From Minisyncoccota bacterium (GTDB lineage: Bacteria; Patescibacteriota; Minisyncoccia; Phycocordibacterales; JBAYGS01), in the NCBI GenBank assembly GCA_041666545.1, contig JBAYGS010000001.1, positions 283,942 through 341,062 of the forward strand: DNA of 57,121 bases. Reading direction: 5' to 3'. The position numbers and the translations under genes were made by a program. Position 1 is the stretch's first letter; the number at the start of each line of letters is the position of its first letter. The notes under the pieces were generated by a model, which was not told the DNA's origin, made no database searches, and saw only the letters and a list, made by a program, of their open reading frames with translations. Below are positions 42,713 through 51,195 of the stretch, piece after piece.

Positions 42713-43416
42713 TAAATCTTTATATCTTTAAACATCCGGATAGTTTCAGCCAAATCATCGCTTTTGAAAAGCGCCGAGCCAACCACTAGACGAGTTGCGC
42801 CGGCACGCATCAATTCATCGGCATTATCAAGACTGACACCGCCGTCAACACTAAGCACCAGATCCGGATGAAGCTGATGTAGCTCATCAATCCGGTCAAA
42901 GACCCGCTCATCAAAACGCTCACCTTGTTTGCCAATCTGATTGATACTCATAAACTGGACCGAATCGAGGTCCTTGGCTATACCCTCAATCGCACTGACC
43001 GGCGTCTTCATATTGAGAACCGCACCAAGTTCGACACTCATCAATGATTCCTGTCCTAGTGGAAAATCTTTTCGAAAATTATTCACCAGCTCCTCAAGTC
43101 GATCAGTCGCCTCAACATGAAATAGAATCCGACTAGCGCCAGCCTTAATCCAATCCTTAATTTTATCTTCCGGTCGAACCGTCATCAAGTGGACTTCAAA
43201 ATCAACTCGGTCCCAAAAAGGAAACGGGATGTCTTCGTTTAAAATATTGGCAAAATCGCCATCTTGGTTGCCAGAAAGGTAAGGCCAGCTTTTGTATGGC
43301 GCAAATTCACCATCAAGCGCATCAACCTGCACCAGTGGTACCAAATCAGCCACCAGAGACATTTTGCTTCTCAAATCTTCGAAGTCCTGTGCAATTATGG
43401 CGGGAATGATATCCAT
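42712..43416 (-). CDS. rpe: Ribulose-phosphate 3-epimerase-like protein (divergent)
   Basis: IIPAIIAQDF, VHLMT, LSVDGGVS, VVGSALF. The stop overlaps the transketolase ATG (TAATG). Confidence 0.7.
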   Translation of the reverse strand: MDIIPAIIAQDFEDLRSKMSLVADLVPLVQVDALDGEFAPYKSWPYLSGNQDGDFANILNEDIPFPFWDRVDFEVHLMTVRPEDKIKDWIKAGASRILFHVEATDRLEELVNNFRKDFPLGQESLMSVELGAVLNMKTPVSAIEGIAKDLDSVQFMSINQIGKQGERFDERVFDRIDELHQLHPDLVLSVDGGVSLDNADELMRAGATRLVVGSALFKSDDLAETIRMFKDIKI

Positions 43417-43466
43417 AGAATTAGTGAGTGGTTAGTAGTAAGTAGTTAGAGTCCATGACGGAAGAA

Positions 43467-43940
43467 CTATAAGTCTCTTTGAACACAAGTGCCCCAGGCA
43501 GCGGAGTCGATTTTCTTAATTCGCCTCTCGTGCCGAGTCTCACGGCTAAACGGCGTCTCCAACCAAATCTTAACTGCTTGCTTCGCCTGTTCCTCCGTCA
43601 TAAATCTGGCGCCAAGGGCCAGCACGTTGGCATCATTATGTTCCCTGGAGAGTCTAATTATATCAAGTGGCCCGCCATAATACACGGCCGCCCGCACACC
43701 CACGAAACGATTAGCAGTCATCGCCTCACCCTGGCCGGAGCCGCCTAAAATAATGCCCAAGGAAGCCTTGTCATTCATCACTTCCCTGGCAACTGGCGCC
43801 AGAAAGTCCGGGTAATCATCATCAGATTTGAGATTATCCGGACCTTTATCGATCACCTCATAGCCCAAACCCCGAACAAAAGGAATCAACTTTTGCTTTA
43901 ATTCAAACCCAGCATGATCGCTCCCAAAAAATATTTTCAT
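43467..43940 (-). CDS. rpiB: Ribose-5-phosphate isomerase B
   Basis: MKIFFGSDHAGFELK..., GILGGSGQGEAMTANR. Confidence 0.9.
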   Translation of the reverse strand: MKIFFGSDHAGFELKQKLIPFVRGLGYEVIDKGPDNLKSDDDYPDFLAPVAREVMNDKASLGIILGGSGQGEAMTANRFVGVRAAVYYGGPLDIIRLSREHNDANVLALGARFMTEEQAKQAVKIWLETPFSRETRHERRIKKIDSAAWGTCVQRDL

Positions 43941-44134
43941 TTATTCTTCTTTTTTTCTACTATTTTCCCAATCCAATGGAAAACGACTGTGATTATAATG
44001 ACAAGAATTGGCAATCCTAGAGGAGACATCATTCCGCCAGAATCAAGGTTGCTTCTCATGTAAATAACAAAAAAATAGACAACAACAAGTGAAACTGCGA
44101 ACCCGATCCAACCAAACTTTCTTGAAATGGACAT
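43937..44134 (-). CDS. Small two-helix membrane protein, hypothetical
   Basis: 65-aa hydrophobic ORF that overlaps the rpiB start by 4 nt. Confidence 0.4.
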   Translation of the reverse strand: MSISRKFGWIGFAVSLVVVYFFVIYMRSNLDSGGMMSPLGLPILVIIITVVFHWIGKIVEKKKNK

Positions 44135-44138
44135 AGAC

Positions 44139-45200
44139 TTAATTAATCAATTTCCCGACCATAACGACATGGTCGACCAAAGTATGCGTATACCCCATCT
44201 CATTGTCGTACCAAGCCATCACCTTTACTAAATTGCCGTCGACAACGCGAGTAAATTTTAAATCAGCGATTGAGGCGTGACTGTCGCCGAGAATGTCGCG
44301 AGAAACCAATTCTTCCTCCGTCACAGCAAAAGTCTTTTCCCAACGTGAAGTCTTGGCCGCGGCTTTTAATGCTGAGTTAACTTCCTCGACCGAAGTTGCC
44401 CGTTTAGCAATAAAAGTAATATCAACAATCGAACCGGCCACAACCGGCACCCGAACCGAAATACCGTCAAATTTCCCTGCCAAAGCCGGGTATGCAAGAG
44501 TAGTCGCAATCGCAGCACCGGTTGTAGAAGGCACAATATTTTGCGCCGCTGCCCTGCCCTCCCGCCAGTCTTTTTTATTTGGCCCATCAACAATTCCCTG
44601 ACTTGCAGTATAACCATGAACAGTATTCAAAATTGCTTTTTCAATTCCAATCGCCTCGTCGAGAATTGCAATCAACGGCGCGCCGGCATTCGTCGTACAA
44701 GAAGCATTCGAACTAATCTGGCAAGTCTTAAGCTTATCTTCATTCACACCCATTATCACCGTTTCCCCATTCGTGTCATTCGTCCCCATTCGTGTATTAG
44801 TGTCGTGTGCAGCTTTGGCCGGCGCGGAAATCACCACTCGCTTGGCGCCCTGATCAAGATGAAATTTAGCTTTATCAAAACCCGCAAAAAGACCCGTCGA
44901 TTCTACAACCACATCAATATCAAGCTCCTTCCACGGCAGTCTGGTGGTATCTTTCTCGCTCAAAAATAATGCCTTGGCTTTGCCAGCTTTTAAATATGAC
45001 TTCCCGCCTTCGGTCGTAACAGAAATCTCCAAATCACTCTTGCCATAAACCGTGTCGTATTTAAGAAGATAGGCCAGATTATTCACATCGCCCAAATCAT
45101 TAATAGCCACAACCTCCAGCTCCTTGCACTCCTCGGCCACTTTGAAAAACGCCCGCCCAATCCGCCCGAATCCATTAATCGCCACTCTAGTTTTTTTCAT
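44139..45200 (-). CDS. gap: Glyceraldehyde-3-phosphate dehydrogenase with a ~12-aa insertion after SAPAK
   Basis: INGFGRIGR, SNASCTTN, WYDNEMGY. Confidence 0.93.
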   Translation of the reverse strand: MKKTRVAINGFGRIGRAFFKVAEECKELEVVAINDLGDVNNLAYLLKYDTVYGKSDLEISVTTEGGKSYLKAGKAKALFLSEKDTTRLPWKELDIDVVVESTGLFAGFDKAKFHLDQGAKRVVISAPAKAAHDTNTRMGTNDTNGETVIMGVNEDKLKTCQISSNASCTTNAGAPLIAILDEAIGIEKAILNTVHGYTASQGIVDGPNKKDWREGRAAAQNIVPSTTGAAIATTLAYPALAGKFDGISVRVPVVAGSIVDITFIAKRATSVEEVNSALKAAAKTSRWEKTFAVTEEELVSRDILGDSHASIADLKFTRVVDGNLVKVMAWYDNEMGYTHTLVDHVVMVGKLIN

Positions 45201-45274
45201 AAAAATACAATTTTAGTGATTTTAGTTTTAACTCCTTAATTATACCCTAATCCATTTTATTCTCTCCAACTTCA

Positions 45275-46070
45275 CCAATCCTCCGTAAGGTTAAACCTTA
45301 CGGAGGATTGGTGTGGTATAATAACTTAATGAGCCGTAACTTTAAAATATCTCCTAATGAGTTTTACCACCTTTATAATCGCGGGACTGATAAGCGGATC
45401 GTCTTCAAAAGTAAAGCTGACTATTCCAGATTTATAAAACTTCTATACATCTGCAACCAACGAGGACCTGTTCGCCTTGAGAACATGAACGGCCAGACTG
45501 ACTCAGAATTTTTTTCTGTATCCGATGACACCCTCATAGACATTGGGGCCTTTTGTCTGATGCCTAATCATTTTCACCTACTAATCAGAGAAAAAACTGA
45601 TAATGGGGCCAGTAAATTTATGCAAAAACTTACCACTGGATACACTATGTACTTCAATACAAGATACCAGAGAACCGGGGCTTTATTTGAAGGTACATAC
45701 AAAGCCAAGCATGCAAATACGGATGACTATCTGAAATATCTATTCGCTTATATCCACCTAAATCCAATTAAACTTCTTCAGTCAGACTGGAAAGAGTTTG
45801 GTATAAACGACACAGGGAGGGCTGAAGACTTCCTCAACAAATACCACTTCTCAAGCTATTCTGCATACACTGGAATTGATCAGCCAAAAAATAAAATAAT
45901 TCATAAAGATTCATTCCCGGATTACTTTGAGAATAGCCGGCATTTTAAAGATTTTCTAAACCACTGGTTAAAATACAGCCTTGTATAGGTCTAAATTGCC
46001 GTAAGGTTAAACCTTACGGCACTGATAAATCCGAACATTAACCCTACCGAGGTTTTACCTCGGTAGGGTT
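45275..46070 (+). mobile_element. RAYT-like unit: Y1 (IS200-type) transposase gene bracketed by REP-like hairpins
   Basis: The hairpins are at 45275-45311 (18-bp arms), 45997-46021 (12-bp arms) and 46040-46070 (14-bp arms). The first two share the core CCGTAAGGTT-A-AACCTTACGG. Confidence 0.65.
45329..45988 (+). CDS. IS200/REP-associated tyrosine (Y1, HUH) transposase
   Basis: FYHLYNRG, CLMPNHFHLLIRE (HUH) and YLFAYIHLNPIK (catalytic Tyr region). ATG 45329 lies 6 nt after TGgTATAAT. Confidence 0.8.
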   Translation: MSRNFKISPNEFYHLYNRGTDKRIVFKSKADYSRFIKLLYICNQRGPVRLENMNGQTDSEFFSVSDDTLIDIGAFCLMPNHFHLLIREKTDNGASKFMQKLTTGYTMYFNTRYQRTGALFEGTYKAKHANTDDYLKYLFAYIHLNPIKLLQSDWKEFGINDTGRAEDFLNKYHFSSYSAYTGIDQPKNKIIHKDSFPDYFENSRHFKDFLNHWLKYSLV

Positions 46071-46093
46071 GGGGTTGCTTCGGCAGAGTTGGT

Positions 46094-48937
46094 TTACCGT
46101 CCTAGATTATAGAGCTTCTGGACTTCACTCGCAGTGAGAGCCCGATTGTAAACATAGACATCATCCATTGAACCTCTGAAAAACCCGCTGGGAGTAATGT
46201 TGTAATCAGCACCAATGCGAACATTGCCAGCTTCAGTTGGCAAATTGCCGGAGAAACTGGTACCGGAACCGGTTTGGACCCCGTCAACATAGACTCTCAT
46301 CGTTGTGCCATCATAAGTACTAGCCATATGATGCCAGTTGCCATCATTAACACTGACGGAACTGTCGACGGTATAGGTTGTCGCACCATTCTTAATAAGG
46401 AATTGCCCCCCGTTTGTTGTACTCATGGCATAGGGGACGTTGGTTTTACCAGGTTCGGTATAGTAGACAGTAACTCTGGCGTAATTGAGATTTGGAGTAT
46501 CGAAACCAGGGCCATTGTTGTAAGCCATTACCCCCTTTACTTCCGCTAAGACACCATCTATGGTGGAGCCAACGGGAACGGAAAAACCAAAACTACTAAT
46601 CTCCATTGACATAGAGCTACCATCGTAGATCATAATACCAAAATTGCTCGCATTGACTTGCGCTGGGGTTAAAGTGGTATTCCACAAATCACTACTGCCC
46701 CCTGCAGAAACATAGCCCTCTATTGCAGGTATCGTGACACTTCTAACATTCCACTCCTGAACTCCACCAACCACTAAATACAGATCCATGGAACTAAGAG
46801 ACGAGTCAGAGATAACATAGGCACTGTCGTCAACCTTAATATTATTACCATCACCATAACCAAAACTTCCAGTAGCAGTTCCAGGCGCACTCGGCCCAAC
46901 CGTCGCATCTTTGGCAATAATATAACCCCCCGCAGTTGAAGTTTTCACCCAAGCTGCCATACTGACATTGGTTGGATTTAGAGACGCTACATCGGCGACA
47001 CTCACATAATCATTTGTACCATCAAAATAAACCCCTTGACCGATTTTCCCTATAGTGTAAAAAGTTGTGGTGGCAATGTTTGTCGGATAGCCGTTATGAC
47101 CACTACCGGAAGAGTCGATAGCTGCGCCATTTACGATATTCTTTCCATCAAAACTCCAATGACCCACGAGACCAGAAGAGAGCGAGCCGGTGGACTGAGT
47201 GGTGTCAACACGACTTGGCGAACCCAAAGCATAGAGCCTAGTGATTTCGGCAGTGGTGAGGGTGCGATTATAGATGCGGACATCATCCATCTGACCTTTG
47301 AGATAAGAAGCGGGAGTCGGCTTTCTTCCAATATCGAACAGAGCCGGATTAAGGAATGAACCGGCAGGATTATATGAGGTAGTTGTCAATTCCACACCAT
47401 CCACATATATTCGAAGAAGTGAATTGGCTTTATCAACCACCCCCACATAGTGATGCCAAACTGTGCTGTCAGGGACAAGCGCACTAGCTCCCGAGTTCTG
47501 CGCGGTCTTATACGCTCCGTCATAAACAACAAAATTTACCTGATTATATGCGGCACCATCAACAATATAGAGTCCGCCGGCGGCGCAATTTGTATTAGCG
47601 GCGCTACTCATACCACAAGCAACCGTGTAAGTCGCGGCATTATTCAAATTCAGAGGCAACTGCGCCCAAGCGGAGACCGTGAATCCAGTTGTCCCAAAAA
47701 TACTTGACGCGTAAGGATTATTTTTATTGATATAATCATTCGTGCCATCAAAATTCCCCGCCTGACCAAGAACGCCACGAGTATAGAAGGTGGAGCTGGC
47801 AATATTGAAAACATTACCATGATTGCCGGTACCGGAAGCGTCGTCAATCCGACCGTTGGTGATGTTTTTGCCATCCAATGTCCAGTGGCCGATTAAACCG
47901 TTTGCAACCGAACCGGTGGATTGGGTAGTAGCGACCTTGATGGATCGACCTATGTTATAAAGGCGGGTGATTTCAGGCAGAGTAAGAACCCTGCTATAGG
48001 CACGAACATCGTCTACCGAGCCATCGAAATAAGACTGGATTGTCGGATGAAATTTGGCACCAATGGCAATATTAGATCCACTATTTAGAATACCTTGGGT
48101 TTGTGTCCCGTAGGCATTAGTCTGGTCAACTCCGTCGATATACATTTTATAGTCTGCCCCATCCCAAGTCACAACAGCGTGAACCCATTTATTTTGATTG
48201 GCAGAAAGGTTGTAGTCGGTTGTAGAATAGGCTCCGGACGGAAAACCGCCATTGGTGTAAGTCACGAAACCCAACTGTCCCGTACCCTCAGCAGGGCCAG
48301 AACCCCAATTGTTGAAACCGAAATCAAAACCAACCACAGTGTTATCATAACCCCACCCAAACATACATGGACGATTACCGACAGTCATGCCATTAACTTT
48401 GAACCACAAGGACATAGTAAAATTACTACTGACCAAATTCGTCAGGGCGGTCGGTCGTCCCAAATTTATATAATTACTAGAACCATCGAAGGTGACAGCC
48501 TGGCCCACCTGACCGCGAGTATAGAAAGTCGAAGTGGCGATATTAACCGGCGAACCACTGTTGCCACTAGTGGAAGAGTCCAAAATTGCCCCGTTGACGA
48601 CCTTATTGCCGTCAAAAGTCCAGTGACCAACGAGGCCAAGGTTGATGATGGGTGGTTTGATGGTGGAAGCCTCTACTAGTTGGTAGTTAGTAGTGAGTAG
48701 TGGGTAGTAAGAGAGAAAGAGGAAAAAGATAATGCCGAGAACCAAAATCGCACCTCTCAAGGCTGAGGAACGACCTTTAAAACCAACCTCTGAGGTTCGA
48801 CCTTTTTCCCGATTCAAGGTCGAACCTTTCGGGACAGAGAGGTCATCAAAAATTCGCACCGAGACTAAACCTTGCTGAAACAAGTTTTCGGTTTTTCTCC
48901 CTTCCCTGTTTTTAATCTCAAAATATCTTTTCAACAT
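46094..48937 (-). CDS. LamG (concanavalin A-like) repeat surface protein 1, N-terminal membrane anchor
   Basis: The modules repeat, each starting GLVGHWTFDGKNI.NG...NIATSTFYT.G.GQA..FDG.NDY and ending DDVR.Y.R.LT..EI.RLY. ATG 48937 lies 6 nt after TGgTAGAAT. Confidence 0.8.
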   Translation of the reverse strand: MLKRYFEIKNREGRKTENLFQQGLVSVRIFDDLSVPKGSTLNREKGRTSEVGFKGRSSALRGAILVLGIIFFLFLSYYPLLTTNYQLVEASTIKPPIINLGLVGHWTFDGNKVVNGAILDSSTSGNSGSPVNIATSTFYTRGQVGQAVTFDGSSNYINLGRPTALTNLVSSNFTMSLWFKVNGMTVGNRPCMFGWGYDNTVVGFDFGFNNWGSGPAEGTGQLGFVTYTNGGFPSGAYSTTDYNLSANQNKWVHAVVTWDGADYKMYIDGVDQTNAYGTQTQGILNSGSNIAIGAKFHPTIQSYFDGSVDDVRAYSRVLTLPEITRLYNIGRSIKVATTQSTGSVANGLIGHWTLDGKNITNGRIDDASGTGNHGNVFNIASSTFYTRGVLGQAGNFDGTNDYINKNNPYASSIFGTTGFTVSAWAQLPLNLNNAATYTVACGMSSAANTNCAAGGLYIVDGAAYNQVNFVVYDGAYKTAQNSGASALVPDSTVWHHYVGVVDKANSLLRIYVDGVELTTTSYNPAGSFLNPALFDIGRKPTPASYLKGQMDDVRIYNRTLTTAEITRLYALGSPSRVDTTQSTGSLSSGLVGHWSFDGKNIVNGAAIDSSGSGHNGYPTNIATTTFYTIGKIGQGVYFDGTNDYVSVADVASLNPTNVSMAAWVKTSTAGGYIIAKDATVGPSAPGTATGSFGYGDGNNIKVDDSAYVISDSSLSSMDLYLVVGGVQEWNVRSVTIPAIEGYVSAGGSSDLWNTTLTPAQVNASNFGIMIYDGSSMSMEISSFGFSVPVGSTIDGVLAEVKGVMAYNNGPGFDTPNLNYARVTVYYTEPGKTNVPYAMSTTNGGQFLIKNGATTYTVDSSVSVNDGNWHHMASTYDGTTMRVYVDGVQTGSGTSFSGNLPTEAGNVRIGADYNITPSGFFRGSMDDVYVYNRALTASEVQKLYNLGR
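48792..48828. repeat. 37-nt palindromic element, copy inside the LamG-1 coding region
   Basis: GAGGTTCGACCTT - TTTCCCGATTC - AAGGTCGAACCTT. It is in frame and encodes PKGSTLNREKGRT. Confidence 0.8.
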
Positions 48938-49004
48938 CAGTTTATTCTACCATTTAATTTCAGCTTATCGCTTTTCATAAAAACGGTCATTACGGAACTT
49001 TAAT

Positions 49005-51185
49005 CTAATCCGAAAACTGTCTGGTTGGTGGCGTAAAGTTTGAAGTATAACGGGCAACACCTTTGGTAATTCTGATGTCATCAAGCCAGCCGGCATAAGA
49101 ACCGTTGGCTCCAGTACCGATCGTCAAAACAGAGGCATGACTATAGTCAGTGCTATCCGTCACTGTGGCGCCTTGTTGCACCCCGTCAAAAAAAAGTCTG
49201 TGACTGGTTCCGGTACGAGAAGCTGCGACATGGTGCCAATTCCCATCCAAAATAGCTGAAGCACTTAGAGAATAAAGGTTGCTGGCATTATAAGATTTCT
49301 GCCAATAAAATGAACCGCCGAAGAGCAATGTCGCCCAATAATTTGTCGAACTATCTGTTTCGGTAATCAGATTGCCAGCAGTATCGGTAGATTTCAACCA
49401 AAATTCAACTGTAAAGTCTCCGGTTCCAAACGCATAATCTGATGAAGAGTTGATGGCTAGAGAATCACCTGTACCGTCAAATAAACCACTGGCTCCCCCA
49501 AATTTTGATTGGGCCGTATCGATTTGCGTATTACCGGCAACTGAAACAGTTTTCCTGTTGATGCTCGAATCGACAAAACGGGTTGAGCCGTCCTCCTCGT
49601 TCATGTGGAGCAAGAGCGAAGTATTGCTGGCATACGGGTCCATTCTTTTCACCACCGTCGGCCGGCCCATGGCGTATAGTCGGGCGATTTCGGCGGTTGT
49701 AAGAGATCGGGAGTAGATACGGATGTCGTCTAAATATCCTTTAAAGTTCTCTCCAGCTGTGTTGTCAAAATCAGCCAACAGCAATTGTCCTGTACTAGCA
49801 CCAAGAGAAAAACTGGTAGTTACTGGCGTAATAGCAGAAACACCGTCGAGATAACCCCTGAAAGTTGTGCCGTCATAATTATAAATTATATGATGCCAGT
49901 TGGTATCAGAAATCGATATATCAGTACTTGCAGCGGGGTATCCAGGGTCTGTAGTATTCGAATAAAATTGAACTTTATTGTTTGCATATTCCCAAATAAC
50001 GCCGTAAGCATTGTCCCCTCCAGCATTTGTCAATTTACCCAATAAATATGTTTGCGATTGTGACAAATCGGACGGCTTGAACCAAAAGGATATGCCGAAA
50101 CTATTTGAAATATCTAGAGAATTTGCATCAGAGATTATTATACTATCATTCACCCCATCAAAATTCCCGGCTTGACCGAGTTGGCCGGAGACATAGAAAG
50201 TTGAGGTGGCGATGTTTTGAGCGTAGCCGTGGTTTCCCTGCCCTGAGACATCATTGATTCGGCCGTTCGTAATATTTTTGCCATCGAATGTCCAATGGCC
50301 GACGAGGCCAGTTGAGAGCGAGCCGGTGGATTGAGTAGCGCCAAGTTTGACTTCGCCGGAGTGGTAGAGAGTGTTGATTTCGGAAGCCGACAACGCGCGG
50401 TTGTAGATGCGAACGTCGTCTATGGAACCAGCAAAATATCTCGAAAATCTACTTTGATCGCCGATCACTAATAACGCACTCGGTTCAGCCCCAGTACCAC
50501 TATTAGCTGAGGTCTGCAAAACACCGTTTAGGTAAACTTTTACACCCCCAGTGATAGAGTTACCTTGCCGCACCAAAACGTAATGATACCAATTATTAGC
50601 AGTCAAGCCTGAAACAGTCAGCCCAGGAAGGAGGCTGTCACCACTTGACCAAACTTCCATAGTGCCATTGTGAAAAAGGGTTCCGTAAAAAGGGACACCG
50701 TTTTGAAGTTGAACAATTGCTCGATAATTTGTATCAACAATTGTTGGCTTAAACCAATAAGAAAACGTCGAGGTGGTGATCGCCGGAGTAAAACTGGTAC
50801 TCACATAATCATTCGTCCCATCAAAACTCACAGCATTACCACGTTTGCCCGTAGTCCAAGTTGGACCATTTGTGAGAGTTCCGGTGTTGCCATTCCCCGA
50901 GGCATCACCAGCAATCGTTCCCGAACCTTCGTTTAGTGGCCAATAGCCGACGAGGCCGAGAGCGGAAGGAGGAGCTTTCAGGGTGGAGGCTTCAGCTAGT
51001 TCGTAGTTAGTAGTGGGTAGTGGGTAGTAAGAGAAGAAAAGGAGAAAGAGGAACAGAACCAAGGTCGAACCTTTTTTAAGATTTAAGGTTCGACCTTTAG
51101 GGAATGAGAAGAAGCCGAAAATTCGCCGCGAATTTTCGGCTGATACTTCACTTTTTCGATTGTTAATTTTTAGCTCTTGAATCAT
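49005..51185 (-). CDS. LamG repeat surface protein 2
   Basis: It has the same anchor (FLFLLFFSYYPLPTTNYELAEAST) and LamG modules. ATG 51185 is chosen because the track start 51284 overlaps the upstream gene. The start remains uncertain. Confidence 0.75.
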   Translation of the reverse strand: MIQELKINNRKSEVSAENSRRIFGFFSFPKGRTLNLKKGSTLVLFLFLLFFSYYPLPTTNYELAEASTLKAPPSALGLVGYWPLNEGSGTIAGDASGNGNTGTLTNGPTWTTGKRGNAVSFDGTNDYVSTSFTPAITTSTFSYWFKPTIVDTNYRAIVQLQNGVPFYGTLFHNGTMEVWSSGDSLLPGLTVSGLTANNWYHYVLVRQGNSITGGVKVYLNGVLQTSANSGTGAEPSALLVIGDQSRFSRYFAGSIDDVRIYNRALSASEINTLYHSGEVKLGATQSTGSLSTGLVGHWTFDGKNITNGRINDVSGQGNHGYAQNIATSTFYVSGQLGQAGNFDGVNDSIIISDANSLDISNSFGISFWFKPSDLSQSQTYLLGKLTNAGGDNAYGVIWEYANNKVQFYSNTTDPGYPAASTDISISDTNWHHIIYNYDGTTFRGYLDGVSAITPVTTSFSLGASTGQLLLADFDNTAGENFKGYLDDIRIYSRSLTTAEIARLYAMGRPTVVKRMDPYASNTSLLLHMNEEDGSTRFVDSSINRKTVSVAGNTQIDTAQSKFGGASGLFDGTGDSLAINSSSDYAFGTGDFTVEFWLKSTDTAGNLITETDSSTNYWATLLFGGSFYWQKSYNASNLYSLSASAILDGNWHHVAASRTGTSHRLFFDGVQQGATVTDSTDYSHASVLTIGTGANGSYAGWLDDIRITKGVARYTSNFTPPTRQFSD
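51061..51097. repeat. 37-nt palindromic element, copy in the LamG-2 5' region
   Basis: AAGGTCGAACCTT - TTTTAAGATTT - AAGGTTCGACCTT (13-bp perfect arms). Confidence 0.8.
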
Positions 51186-51195
51186 AAATCTACTC

